From the NCBI GenBank assembly GCA_965207885.1, contig OZ242311.1, positions 4,416,001-4,480,000 of the forward strand: 64,000 bases of DNA. The letters are read 5' to 3'. Positions 30,818-40,804 of this stretch are shown here, in pieces. Position 1 is the stretch's first letter. The number at the start of each line of letters is the position of its first letter. A model generated the notes under the pieces. It saw nothing but the letters and a program-made list of their open reading frames with translations. It searched no databases and was not told the origin of the DNA. This DNA comes from Candidatus Latescibacterota bacterium. Its GTDB lineage: Bacteria; Latescibacterota; UBA2968. The translations under genes and the position numbers were made by a program.

Positions 30818-32412
30818 AAAAACCCAATATCATCGTCATTCTCGTAGATGACATGGGCTATTCGGATCTCGGTTCTTATGGTGGCGAGATCCGAACGCCC
30901 AATCTGGATCGCCTATCGGCAAATGGTTTGCGATTCACGCAAAGTTACAACTCTGCCCGCTGTTGTCCCTCGCGGGCTTCGCTACTCACAGGGCTTTATT
31001 CCCACCAGGCTGGCATCGCCAATTTTACGGGACCTGACCGAATCGCCGAATGGGGACCGGCCTATTTGGGCAGGCTAAACAACAACTGCGTGACATTGGC
31101 CGAAGTCCTCAAAACCGCAGGCTACAGCACCTATGGCGTTGGAAAATGGCACGTTGGCGATCAAGTTAACCCAACAGACCGGGGATTTGACGAATACTAC
31201 GGATTCATCAAAGGCCACAGCGCACCGCAATGGGATCCGTCTTATTATCATCGCTATCCCGAAACTCGAACGCCCGAACTTTCTTTTGCCGACGATGCAT
31301 ACTACGCAACAGAAGCATTCAATGATTACGCCGTAGAATTTATCGAACAGGCGCAACAAAAAGACAACCCCTGGTTTCTCTATCTCGCCCACTCGGCTCC
31401 GCATTTTCCCTTACATGCCCCGGCAGAAACCCGCGATTCATATCTCGATATATACCGCCGAGGTTGGGATGTATTGCGCCGAGAACGCTACGTGCGCCAG
31501 CAAGAATCTGGCCTGGCAACGGAAAACTGGCAATTCACACCGCGCTCACTTGTCCCCATCGAAGAAAATGATGCCATCGCAAACGGGTACAGCGGCAAAC
31601 AGAATCCCGCGTGGGAGGATCTCTCCCAAGACCGACAGGAAGACCTCGCCTACCGCATGGCGGTCTTTGCCGCCATGATCGAACATATCGATCGCGGCAT
31701 AGGCAGAATCATTGACCGCCTGGAAAAAGCAGGAGAGCTGGACAACACACTCATCCTGTTTACAAGCGACAACGGCGCGTGTTACGAATGGGGACCATTT
31801 GGATTTGACGAACGCAGCAGATTGGGAGTCACCCATCTCCACACAGGTGACGAACTCAAAAAAATCGGCGGGTCGGACACGTATCACTCTGTGGGCAGCG
31901 CGTGGTCGTGCCTGAGCAACACACCGTTGCGCATGTACAAACACTACAACCACGAAGGCGGAAATTGCAGCCCCTTCATCGCCTATTGGCCCGAAGGAAT
32001 TGCACAACCCGACCGCTGGGTTCGCACCCCCATACACCTGTTTGACATCATGCCGACTATATGCGAAATTACCGGAGCCGAATATCCCAAAACGCACAAT
32101 GGAGAACGCATTCACCCGCAAGAAGGAACGAGCCTTGTTCCCCTATTCAACGCGCAAAACCTGCCCGAACGCAGCCTGTGCTTCGATCACTTTGAAGCCA
32201 GTGCCATACGCAGGGGAAAATGGAAATTGCTGAAGGGCAATACCCGATATCCCAACAAAAATTGGGAACTCTACGACATGGAAAAAGACCGCTGTGAAAC
32301 CAGCGATCTATCAGCAGAACATCCCGAATTGGTAAAATCACTCGAGCGAGAATGGACCGAATGGGCCGTGCGGGTTAAGGTACACCCTTACCACCAAGAA
32401 GTGGCAAAATGA
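30814..32412 (+). CDS. arylsulfatase (formylglycine-dependent, Cys type)
   Basis: KPNII..DDMG, CCPSRASLLTG, GKWH, SDNG. Confidence 0.95.
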   Translation: MKKPNIIVILVDDMGYSDLGSYGGEIRTPNLDRLSANGLRFTQSYNSARCCPSRASLLTGLYSHQAGIANFTGPDRIAEWGPAYLGRLNNNCVTLAEVLKTAGYSTYGVGKWHVGDQVNPTDRGFDEYYGFIKGHSAPQWDPSYYHRYPETRTPELSFADDAYYATEAFNDYAVEFIEQAQQKDNPWFLYLAHSAPHFPLHAPAETRDSYLDIYRRGWDVLRRERYVRQQESGLATENWQFTPRSLVPIEENDAIANGYSGKQNPAWEDLSQDRQEDLAYRMAVFAAMIEHIDRGIGRIIDRLEKAGELDNTLILFTSDNGACYEWGPFGFDERSRLGVTHLHTGDELKKIGGSDTYHSVGSAWSCLSNTPLRMYKHYNHEGGNCSPFIAYWPEGIAQPDRWVRTPIHLFDIMPTICEITGAEYPKTHNGERIHPQEGTSLVPLFNAQNLPERSLCFDHFEASAIRRGKWKLLKGNTRYPNKNWELYDMEKDRCETSDLSAEHPELVKSLEREWTEWAVRVKVHPYHQEVAK

Positions 32413-32422
32413 GCATCATCCG

Positions 32423-33469
32423 TCACCTCACTTTTTCAACAAACGGCCACATAAGATCGCTGTAGAAGCGGTGTCCCGCGGCGCCGTAGTGGTGTTCAAT
32501 GCGATCGGGCACACCAGCGATCTCGTAGAGACGCGCGATACCTTTCACCGCGCGATCGACTTCGGGCACGGGGAATAGCGTATCCTGTTTCCCATTCACA
32601 ATACAGAGATGGCGCGGGGCAATAAGACCCGTAACATCCCAGATCTCGCCAAAGCGCAAAATGCCAGGCACGCCATTGCAATCGCAATGGTGAATCAAAC
32701 CACTGGTGCCCACAAGCGTACAAAAAGAGCAACTCGGCACAGCAATAGTAATGCGGGGATCAACCGCGGCGGCATAACAGGTGATAACTCCCCCCCCCGA
32801 GTTGCCCATAACCAGAATCGTAGAAGTATCAATCTCGGGAATATCCTGTGCCCAGTCAATAAGACGCATCACATCCCACACGCGCTCACCCGTCGCAGTG
32901 CGCCCGGCGAGCAAAGCGTGCATAAATTGACTGCGGCAATCGCGGTTATCGTGACGCTTGTTAATATCGGGAATAGCCGTAGTACTCGTACCGCGTGCAG
33001 CGGGTGCAATCGCGGCAAACCCACGCCTGACCGCCTGAACAGCAACATCGCGGTCTTCGGCCTCAATCTTTTTGCGGTGATCGTCATCGCGCGCTTTGCC
33101 AATATACGTATCCATTCCGTATTTGTCGTGCCCGTGTGGCAAAACAGCGAGCGGAAAAGGACCATCTCCCCTGGGTTGGAGATACCAGAATGGCAAACCA
33201 AAACGCGGCTCGGTAGTAATAACACCGGGTTGCAACGTATAATCGCCCATATCTTGCGCTACACCGAGTTGCACCTGAATCGTGTGATCGCCCAGAGACG
33301 CGCCAATACTTTCAAGACCCAGCAGATGCTGAAGCACAGGACGCGCCTCCTCTTGCCAGTAAAAAAAAGATTCGCGATCAGTTGCCCGACACGCGACATA
33401 GCGCAGTTCATCGGCATAAAGAGCGTCGAGATAGGTGCGAACCGCACCGCTGTGTTCGGGATGTTCCAT
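32423..33469 (-). CDS. alpha/beta hydrolase (dienelactone hydrolase-like)
   Basis: HGH, GNSGGG nucleophile, D and GH triad residues. Confidence 0.82.
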   Translation of the reverse strand: MEHPEHSGAVRTYLDALYADELRYVACRATDRESFFYWQEEARPVLQHLLGLESIGASLGDHTIQVQLGVAQDMGDYTLQPGVITTEPRFGLPFWYLQPRGDGPFPLAVLPHGHDKYGMDTYIGKARDDDHRKKIEAEDRDVAVQAVRRGFAAIAPAARGTSTTAIPDINKRHDNRDCRSQFMHALLAGRTATGERVWDVMRLIDWAQDIPEIDTSTILVMGNSGGGVITCYAAAVDPRITIAVPSCSFCTLVGTSGLIHHCDCNGVPGILRFGEIWDVTGLIAPRHLCIVNGKQDTLFPVPEVDRAVKGIARLYEIAGVPDRIEHHYGAAGHRFYSDLMWPFVEKVR

Positions 33470-33494
33470 ATTGAATACCTTTCAAGGAAAAAAA

Positions 33495-34259
33495 ATGGCA
33501 GATACACTGCGAGAAGTATTGGATTTTGCAACAGATGCCGCCTGGCAAGCCGGACGCATCACACTGCGATATTTCCAGACCGGAGTCGAAGTAGAGGAAA
33601 AGGATGATGAATCACCTGTAACGGCCGCAGACAAAGGAGCCGAAACAAAATTGAGAGAATTGATTGAAGCGCGTTTTCCCGACGACGGCATTGTGGGAGA
33701 AGAGCACGAAGACAAACAAGGCACAACCGGACGACGGTGGATTTTAGACCCCATTGACGGCACAAAATCATTCGTACACGGCGTACCCTTATACGGGGTA
33801 CTGATCGGCGTGGAAGTCGAGGACGAACCCACTGTTGGCGTCGTTCATTTTCCAGCACTAAATGAAATGATTTGTGCTGCTAGTGGATTGGGCTGCACCT
33901 GGAATGGTCGCCCCACACAAGTATCTGACATATCGGATATTCAGGACGCGACCGTGATCTTGACCGATTTTGTGAATGGGCATAGTCGGGGCGAAGCCAT
34001 AAACCGGATTTGCTCACGCGCCAAACTCGTGCGCGGCTGGGGCGATTGTTATGGCCACATGCTCGTCGCAACCGGGCGTGCAGAAATCATGCTCGACCCC
34101 ATTATGAGCGTATGGGACTGCGCCGCCCTCGCGCCCATCCTGAAAGAAGCGGGCGGCACATTCACAACGTGGAGCGGCGAAGCAACCATCTGGGGTAACG
34201 AAGCCGTGGGCACAAACGGAGCGTTGTTCGAAGAAGTAATGCAATTGATAAAAGGGTGA
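33495..34259 (+). CDS. hisN: histidinol-phosphatase, inositol monophosphatase family
   Basis: SPVTAAD, GEE, DPIDGTKSF, WGDCYG, WDCAA. Confidence 0.85.
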   Translation: MADTLREVLDFATDAAWQAGRITLRYFQTGVEVEEKDDESPVTAADKGAETKLRELIEARFPDDGIVGEEHEDKQGTTGRRWILDPIDGTKSFVHGVPLYGVLIGVEVEDEPTVGVVHFPALNEMICAASGLGCTWNGRPTQVSDISDIQDATVILTDFVNGHSRGEAINRICSRAKLVRGWGDCYGHMLVATGRAEIMLDPIMSVWDCAALAPILKEAGGTFTTWSGEATIWGNEAVGTNGALFEEVMQLIKG

Positions 34260-34263
34260 TCTT

Positions 34264-35463
34264 TTACCCTGCAAATATCGAGCGATTTGATATGCCACAG
34301 ATGTGGTCTTCGCGCATGAATCCGGGCACAAATTGGGCGGTTCGGCCAGAAGGTGCCACGCCTGTATAGTAGCCCGAAAATTGTTCATTAAACGTAGTCA
34401 AACGGTCGCGCGACGCCTCACTACTCTCCGCAGCCACAATGTACGCATTGTTAAAAACCCCATTTTCTTTCAACCCTGCGCCGCCTGCTGCTACGATATG
34501 CCCGTCAATCGTATTGAGAATAGCATCTGCATCATCGCCACCAACACCGCTCACGAGCACCTCGGATATCCCCTGTCGCCGGATGGCAGTCCATGTACTG
34601 AACCCATCCACAATCTCCCCCGAGCGATCAATGGCGACATCGCCGGTAACACAGCGCGGTTGGGGTTCAACAATGCCATCGAGATTGGGAATACGCGAAA
34701 CCGCATAAATTCTACCTGCGGGGCGGTGGTCACCAAAATAATCGGCAATCACTTCGCGCACAGTTTCAATGCGCGTCCAGGTCGCCGAAGGATCGTCATC
34801 AATCGCCACGAGCACCTCGAGATGCGCGGTTTGCGTTTTGAAATCCACATTGTCAGCCGCGAGCTTTTTTTCGTACTGATCTACGAGCACAAATTCCATC
34901 TCTTGTTTGAGATCATTACCGAGTGTCGTAACAGTATTGCCCTCAGTATCGGTGTGCATCACCGACGCGCCACTGGGCTGGTGGTCGGTCCATGCACCGT
35001 ATTCGATCTTCCCATCGCCAAAGGAAATATCCTCGCCCTTAACAGCTTTAATTTCCACCTCAAAAAGCGCTACTGGATCTGGAAACCCTTCTCCATGGGT
35101 AAAACGCGCCATGCGATTGGATTTGAGTTCACAATCCGTCACAGCATCAATCACAGGTCCATATACGGCATTGAACGCATCTCGGTAAGCCTCACAGTCG
35201 TCACGACTATCAGATGGCGTCGTCCACAGGACATCGGTTTTGTACACATCGCCCCAGTTCGCGCCCCCACGCGCAAGCCCCAGACTCAGGTTCTCAATGG
35301 TGCCAAACCACTCTGATCCGAGTTCATTGGGATACTGCGTACCCACATTGCCGCTGGGTTCAACGAGGCGCACGACCTGATCGTCGTTGTATGTCATAAC
35401 GACTTCGGCTGTGCTACAAAAAATGGGAATGGGCTTATGACGGATAATATTGACGCTTGCCAT
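34264..35463 (-). CDS. protein with tandem RidA/YjgF-like domains
   Basis: Three segments ending in Rid-like strands (FEVEIKAV; RPAGRI..VEPQ; APSGRTAQFV). Confidence 0.55.
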   Translation of the reverse strand: MASVNIIRHKPIPIFCSTAEVVMTYNDDQVVRLVEPSGNVGTQYPNELGSEWFGTIENLSLGLARGGANWGDVYKTDVLWTTPSDSRDDCEAYRDAFNAVYGPVIDAVTDCELKSNRMARFTHGEGFPDPVALFEVEIKAVKGEDISFGDGKIEYGAWTDHQPSGASVMHTDTEGNTVTTLGNDLKQEMEFVLVDQYEKKLAADNVDFKTQTAHLEVLVAIDDDPSATWTRIETVREVIADYFGDHRPAGRIYAVSRIPNLDGIVEPQPRCVTGDVAIDRSGEIVDGFSTWTAIRRQGISEVLVSGVGGDDADAILNTIDGHIVAAGGAGLKENGVFNNAYIVAAESSEASRDRLTTFNEQFSGYYTGVAPSGRTAQFVPGFMREDHICGISNRSIFAG

Positions 35464-35552
35464 AGTGAAAAATCCTTTGTGTTGAGGTTACCAAAAATTC
35501 GGTTTTCTAAAAGATAGAGCCTGAAATACACAATGTCAATGCGCGAGGATGA

Positions 35553-36293
35553 TCAGCGATCTTTGGATTGAAAAAACGCCCGCGCTTCGGCCAGAGATTC
35601 GCGGTTGCCAATATCGAGAACACCGCCTTCAATATCGTACGCATAAACGGTTTCGCATATATGCAACCACTCCAAAAAATGTCCGGGCGCGTCGGGATTG
35701 CCTCCGTTGGCGATATATTCCTTAAAACGGGACAGTATCGATGCCGGGTAAATATAAACGGGTGATGCCGACCACTCGGAAATGGGTCTATCTGGTTTTT
35801 CAATAAATTGCAAAACGCGATTATCTTTATCTAACCGGACATTGCCCCTGCGCTTGCGATCATCGTAATCGGGATTGTGGCGCACGGCAATATGGGAGAC
35901 GGGATTGGATTTGAATATATTGACCAATTTGGAGAGAGAAAACAGCAGAATATTATCCGCAGCGAAAACGAGAACATCATCGGCAATATCGCGCGCTTCA
36001 ATAGCAAAATGGATATCGCCCACAGCCCCCAAACGATTGTCGTTGGAAGTCGTGCCATCGTCGAGTATCTCAGTCTGTATCGCTCTATTTTCACGCGCCC
36101 AGTCGGCAAAGTGCCCGTAAAATCGGCGATTGGTCACCACATAAACACCATCGATATCTGCAATAGCTTTAATCTGTTCAAGCAGGTGATCGAGAATCGT
36201 CTTGCCCCCCACTTTGAGCAGAGGCTTGGGAAAATTTTTTGTAAGAGGATACAGCCGCGTAGCGTATCCCGCCGCGAGAATAATAGCTTTCAC
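35553..36293 (-). CDS. sugar-1-phosphate nucleotidyltransferase
   Basis: ILAAGYATRLYPLT..PKPLL, EKP, DIG; GTG overlaps upstream stop (GTGA). Confidence 0.9.
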   Translation of the reverse strand: MKAIILAAGYATRLYPLTKNFPKPLLKVGGKTILDHLLEQIKAIADIDGVYVVTNRRFYGHFADWARENRAIQTEILDDGTTSNDNRLGAVGDIHFAIEARDIADDVLVFAADNILLFSLSKLVNIFKSNPVSHIAVRHNPDYDDRKRRGNVRLDKDNRVLQFIEKPDRPISEWSASPVYIYPASILSRFKEYIANGGNPDAPGHFLEWLHICETVYAYDIEGGVLDIGNRESLAEARAFFQSKDR

Positions 36294-37471
36294 AGAATCC
36301 TGACTCCATCGTCGGGTTGACAAATAAAGACCGGGGCATTTTTTGACAAATCGGGATATTTGGCGCGATAAGCCGATTGAATCTGTTCAATCGCCGCACT
36401 GGACTTTTGGGGATTCACCAGTGCAACACAACAGCCCCGAAACCCGGCACCACTAAAACGAGCACCGTAAACCCCATCGGTCTCAATGAGAATATGATAG
36501 AGATCAATGAGGGGCTTGCTACCACATTCGTAATTATCAATAGAACTGCGCCCCGATTCGGCGATCAGCCTGCCAAAAGTCATGAGATCGCCGGCACGCC
36601 AGGCATCAATACCCAGACGCACGCGTTCAGATTCCGTAAAAAAATGACTGGCGCGTTTGGCAGACGCACCGCTCAACAGGTTTTTATGCATATCGTATTC
36701 TTCAAAGGCAATATTGCCAAGCAGAGGTTCTCGGTCGGAACGCCCCACGGCATTGAGCAATATTCCCGCAGCACGGGCGCATTCATCTACCCGCGTGTTA
36801 TACCCCGTCGAAACCAGCGCCTCGCGCAAGCCCGATTGGGCAATCAGAATATCAAAGTCTGGCATAGTATTGGACCGGGGAATCAATTCGTGCGTGACAG
36901 AAGCGCAATCGATCACCGTGAGAAATCTCTTTTGCGATAACAGGATAGCCGATTGATCCAGAATGCCATTTTTGAGACCGAGGTAGCCATTTTCAATCGC
37001 CTGATCGAGCCGAATATTATCTGCGGGCGACAGGGACAAATCATTGGCCTCTTCATAAGCGAGCAAATACGCCACACCAATAGCAGCCGATGAACTCAAA
37101 CCCCCTTCGTTCATCCTGCCCGCTGTAAGTCCCATAATCCCGCGCGTGAGTTTATGGCCCTCTTGTTGCAACGCGCGTACTGCGCCGCGCGGAAAATTGC
37201 CCCAATCCCCATCTCTTTTGTCGGGCACATCGCTCAGTGCAAACGAGACCTCACCCTCAAAAGTACGGCTCTGAAGATGCGTATTTCCATCCTCCGATGG
37301 CGCGAAAGCCAGGTACACAGCCTGATCAATAGCCATAGCCGTAACCTGTCCGAGTTGGTGATCAATATGCGCACCGAGAAGACATATCCGATAAGGCGAT
37401 TGCACAACGCGCACATCGGCAGGCGCAACACCAAATCGGCGATTCATTTCAGTTTTGAGTTGATCTATCAT
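36290..37471 (-). CDS. GHMP sugar kinase, galacturonokinase-like
   Basis: PYRICLLGAHIDHQ, GLSSSAA, NGILDQ, GARFSGAGFRGCC. Confidence 0.85.
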   Translation of the reverse strand: MIDQLKTEMNRRFGVAPADVRVVQSPYRICLLGAHIDHQLGQVTAMAIDQAVYLAFAPSEDGNTHLQSRTFEGEVSFALSDVPDKRDGDWGNFPRGAVRALQQEGHKLTRGIMGLTAGRMNEGGLSSSAAIGVAYLLAYEEANDLSLSPADNIRLDQAIENGYLGLKNGILDQSAILLSQKRFLTVIDCASVTHELIPRSNTMPDFDILIAQSGLREALVSTGYNTRVDECARAAGILLNAVGRSDREPLLGNIAFEEYDMHKNLLSGASAKRASHFFTESERVRLGIDAWRAGDLMTFGRLIAESGRSSIDNYECGSKPLIDLYHILIETDGVYGARFSGAGFRGCCVALVNPQKSSAAIEQIQSAYRAKYPDLSKNAPVFICQPDDGVRIL

Positions 37472-37472
37472 G

Positions 37473-37507
37473 AGCAGTCAGTAGTCAGTGGTCAGCAGTC
37501 AGCGATC
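37473..37507. repeat. heptamer tandem repeat (AGYRRTC x5)
   Basis: AGCAGTC AGTAGTC AGTGGTC AGCAGTC AGCGATC. Confidence 0.8.
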
Positions 37508-37539
37508 AACAACATTACAAAAAAAGGAGAACAACCGCA

Positions 37540-38568
37540 ATGCCACAAATCAAAATAGGCAAAGGTATTGGCGATATTTCAGAGCAAACATTGCGATTTT
37601 ATCGGCAAATTGGGGTCGATGCGGTATCGATACCAACGCGATGGCGCACAGAACCGGGAACGGGCGAACGCAAACTGGTACCGCCAACACAGACGGGGCC
37701 AAAAGGCGCGCAGGGTGGGATATGGGACGAGCGGGAATTGCAACGCATCAAAGCCAGAATCGAATCGTATGATCTAATGCCTCTAATCGCGGGATTGGGT
37801 ATTTCAGGACGCGTATTAATGGGCCAACCGGGTAGAGAAGACGATCTGAAAATTATAAAAACCAATATCGAAATCGCAGGACGGCTGGGACTTCGAGCAT
37901 TGAACTACAGTTTCACAGCCCTCAGAGCATCAGAGGGATATGCGGCGCAGCGAGGTGCGGGACGCGGCGGCGCAGATTTGCGGGATTTTGACAACGAGCG
38001 GATAGCCAATCTCCCTCCCCTCAATTCAATCGGTCGAATTGGAATGGATGAAATGTGGGACAATCTGACCTATTTTTTGGAAAACGCGGTCCCAACAGCA
38101 GAAAAAGCGGATGTACAGTTGGCCGCACACCCCAATGATCCACCGGTTCCAGAATATCGCGGCGTTGCCCAACCCCTGGGCGATATCGAAGGCATGCAAC
38201 GGTTGATCGAAGTGATAGACAGCCCATCAAATTGCATTTTTTACGACACCGGCGTAATGACGGAAAAAGGCGCAGATGCAGTCGAAATGATTCGCTATTT
38301 TGGATCGCGGAATCGCATTGGAACCGTACATTTCCGAAATGTGAAAGTAGAAATACCTCGATTTAAGTATATCGAGACCTTTCACGATGACGGCGAATGC
38401 GATATGTTTGCCTGCGTACAGGCATTTCACGAGGTGGGTTACAACGGCATGATCGACCCCGACCACACGCCGGGCATTCTGGGCGATACACCAGATACGC
38501 GCATTGGCTGGGCGTATGCCATTGGTCAAATGGTAGCGATGCGAAATGCCGTGGAAAAAAACAAATAA
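37540..38568 (+). CDS. uxuA: mannonate dehydratase family protein
   Basis: WDNLTYFL, HPNDPP, VHFRNV, DPDHTP, AYAIG. Confidence 0.88.
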   Translation: MPQIKIGKGIGDISEQTLRFYRQIGVDAVSIPTRWRTEPGTGERKLVPPTQTGPKGAQGGIWDERELQRIKARIESYDLMPLIAGLGISGRVLMGQPGREDDLKIIKTNIEIAGRLGLRALNYSFTALRASEGYAAQRGAGRGGADLRDFDNERIANLPPLNSIGRIGMDEMWDNLTYFLENAVPTAEKADVQLAAHPNDPPVPEYRGVAQPLGDIEGMQRLIEVIDSPSNCIFYDTGVMTEKGADAVEMIRYFGSRNRIGTVHFRNVKVEIPRFKYIETFHDDGECDMFACVQAFHEVGYNGMIDPDHTPGILGDTPDTRIGWAYAIGQMVAMRNAVEKNK

Positions 38569-38619
38569 AAAAAGCCCCAACGCTTTTCAGCGTTGAGGCT
38601 GTCTGTGATATTGTATGCA

Positions 38620-38745
38620 TTAGAAACTGAGAACACTATAAACCAGAGTAACCGCAAAAATTACGCCTATAATGCCCATAGCGACTTTGAATTGTAAGCT
38701 GATTCTATCCTCTTCCCGGTCGCGCAATTCGTTGAAAGTCTGCAT
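38620..38745 (-). CDS. 41-aa small membrane protein (not in ORF track)
   Basis: MQTFNELRDREEDRISLQFKVAMGIIGVIFAVTLVYSVLSF; AGGGGGA RBS; TTGACT..TATTAT upstream. Confidence 0.65.
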   Translation of the reverse strand: MQTFNELRDREEDRISLQFKVAMGIIGVIFAVTLVYSVLSF

Positions 38746-38908
38746 GGCTTTCCCCCTTTGAGTAGTGCGGACGGATATGGTCTATATAAATAATACTAAT
38801 TTTTTATATTAAGTCAATAGACAAAATACGACTCTTGACAATTCGTGCAGATAAATCTATCGTTTGCGATAGACTTTGTATGGATATCATACCCGGAGAG
38901 AAATACCA

Positions 38909-39883
38909 ATGAAGTGGGTGGTCGTGACTGTAACTGTTATAGTGGCACTCGTAATTGTGGGTGCGCTGGGCGTTGCTTACCATCTGAAAACCAATTTTCC
39001 CAAAGCAGATCCGCCTTATAATATTCGCGTGTCGGGAACACCCGAACAGGTCGCGCGGGGACGTTATTTAGCCAATCACGTCACGGTATGTCTCGAATGC
39101 CATTCAACGCGGGATTGGGCGCATTATTCTGCGCCACCGCTGCCGGGCACCGAAGGCAAAGGCGGCGAGATATTTCCGGAAACAGCGGGATTTCCAGGCA
39201 CCTTGATCGCCCCCAATATTACACCGGCAGCTCTGGGAGATTGGACAGACGGCGAAATCATTCGGGCTTTTACCAGCGGCGTAAATAAAAACGGCGATCC
39301 GCTTTTTCCACTGATGCCCTATCGCGCATATCGAAATCTCATGCCAGCAGATATTGACGCCATTGTCGCTTATGTGCGTACCCTATCTCCCATTGACCAT
39401 ATCCCACCGCGGTCCAAATTGAATTTTCCCATGAACCTGCTTGTACGCACAATGCCAGAACCCTATAAACTCCCCAAGCCGTTTGATCGTTCAGATCCCG
39501 TTGCTTATGGCAAGTATTTGGCGACCATTGCCGGATGTGCCACTTGCCATACGCCTCATAATCAACAGAGGCAGCCAGTTGAAGACATGCAATTCGCCGG
39601 AGGATTTCAATTTCGATTGCCCAGTGGCAAAACCGTGCAATCGGCCAATATTACACCCGACATAGAAACGGGAATTGGGCATTGGAAAAAAGAGTACTTC
39701 ATCGGGCGTTTCAGGCAATTTGCCGGGGAAAACGCAAAGCACATTCCATTGCAGGATGGCATGAACAGCGTAATGCCCTGGACCATGTACGCGGGCATGA
39801 CAGACGAAGACTTCAGCGCCATCTACGACTATCTGCAAACCGTCGCGCCAATCCGAAATGCTGTTGAACGGTTTATAGAATAA
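38909..39883 (+). CDS. membrane-anchored diheme cytochrome c
   Basis: CLECH and CATCH; APNITP/SANITP repeats; N-terminal TM. Confidence 0.9.
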   Translation: MKWVVVTVTVIVALVIVGALGVAYHLKTNFPKADPPYNIRVSGTPEQVARGRYLANHVTVCLECHSTRDWAHYSAPPLPGTEGKGGEIFPETAGFPGTLIAPNITPAALGDWTDGEIIRAFTSGVNKNGDPLFPLMPYRAYRNLMPADIDAIVAYVRTLSPIDHIPPRSKLNFPMNLLVRTMPEPYKLPKPFDRSDPVAYGKYLATIAGCATCHTPHNQQRQPVEDMQFAGGFQFRLPSGKTVQSANITPDIETGIGHWKKEYFIGRFRQFAGENAKHIPLQDGMNSVMPWTMYAGMTDEDFSAIYDYLQTVAPIRNAVERFIE

Positions 39884-39896
39884 TAAAGGGGAAAGA

Positions 39897-40673
39897 ATGA
39901 ACACGGGTTCCGGAGCATTTAATTTTGATCGCGTCAAAGTATGGTATCATTGTCCCCAGGACCATCTTACCGACCTGCCAGTAGTATTTGCCCTGCACGG
40001 GGCCTCGCGCAATGCCAGCACCTATCGCGACACCTGGGCCAGCCATGCCGATACGCACGGATTTTTGTTATTGGCCCCGGAGTTTTCACAGGATAATTAC
40101 CCCGATGAAACAACATTTAACCTGGGCAATGTATTTGCCGAAGATGGAACGCGAAATGCCATAGCCGATTGGTCTTTTCAAATAATTGAAGGCATTTTTG
40201 ACCACGTCAAAAAACGAGTGGGACTCCGAGCATCGTCCTACGGGTTTTATGGGCATTCGGCGGGCAGCCAGTTTGTACACCGATTTTTGTACTTCATGCC
40301 TCAGTCACATGCACATATCTTTATAGCAGCCAACGCCGGGTGGTACACTATGCCCACATTCAAACAGACCTATCCCTATGGATTGGCCGAATCGGGTCTG
40401 ACTGTCGCGGATTTGAAACGATCACTGAGCCAGCGGATTGTGGTACTCCTGGGAACTGATGATGTAGATGTGAACCACCCCAAATTGAGACGCACGCCGC
40501 AGGCGATGATGCAGGGCGCACACCGCTTTGAGCGCGGCCACACATTTTTTGAAACGGCAAAACGAGAAGCCGAAGCACTCAATGTGCCATTTAACTGGCA
40601 GTTGGACACAGTACCCAACGTGGGACACAACAATGCGGGAATGGCAAAAGTGGGTGTTGCGTATTTGGTGTGA
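39897..40673 (+). CDS. alpha/beta hydrolase (esterase/depolymerase-like)
   Basis: LHGASRNA, GHSAGSQFVHR, VGH. Confidence 0.8.
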   Translation: MNTGSGAFNFDRVKVWYHCPQDHLTDLPVVFALHGASRNASTYRDTWASHADTHGFLLLAPEFSQDNYPDETTFNLGNVFAEDGTRNAIADWSFQIIEGIFDHVKKRVGLRASSYGFYGHSAGSQFVHRFLYFMPQSHAHIFIAANAGWYTMPTFKQTYPYGLAESGLTVADLKRSLSQRIVVLLGTDDVDVNHPKLRRTPQAMMQGAHRFERGHTFFETAKREAEALNVPFNWQLDTVPNVGHNNAGMAKVGVAYLV

Positions 40674-40682
40674 TACGCAAAA

Positions 40683-40745
40683 AAAAACGCGAGTGAGCGG
40701 TGTACAACTGGCCGACTCTCAGGCCAGTTCATTTGAGCGTTTTTC
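40683..40745. terminator. long hairpin / terminator after esterase
   Basis: AAAAAACGC..GCGTTTTTT enclosing AACTGGCC/GGCCAGTT. Confidence 0.6.
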
Positions 40746-40804
40746 GCAGATGAACGCAAATAAAAAAGAGGACTGGGGGCTGGATAGGCTAATCTTGCTT
40801 ATAA

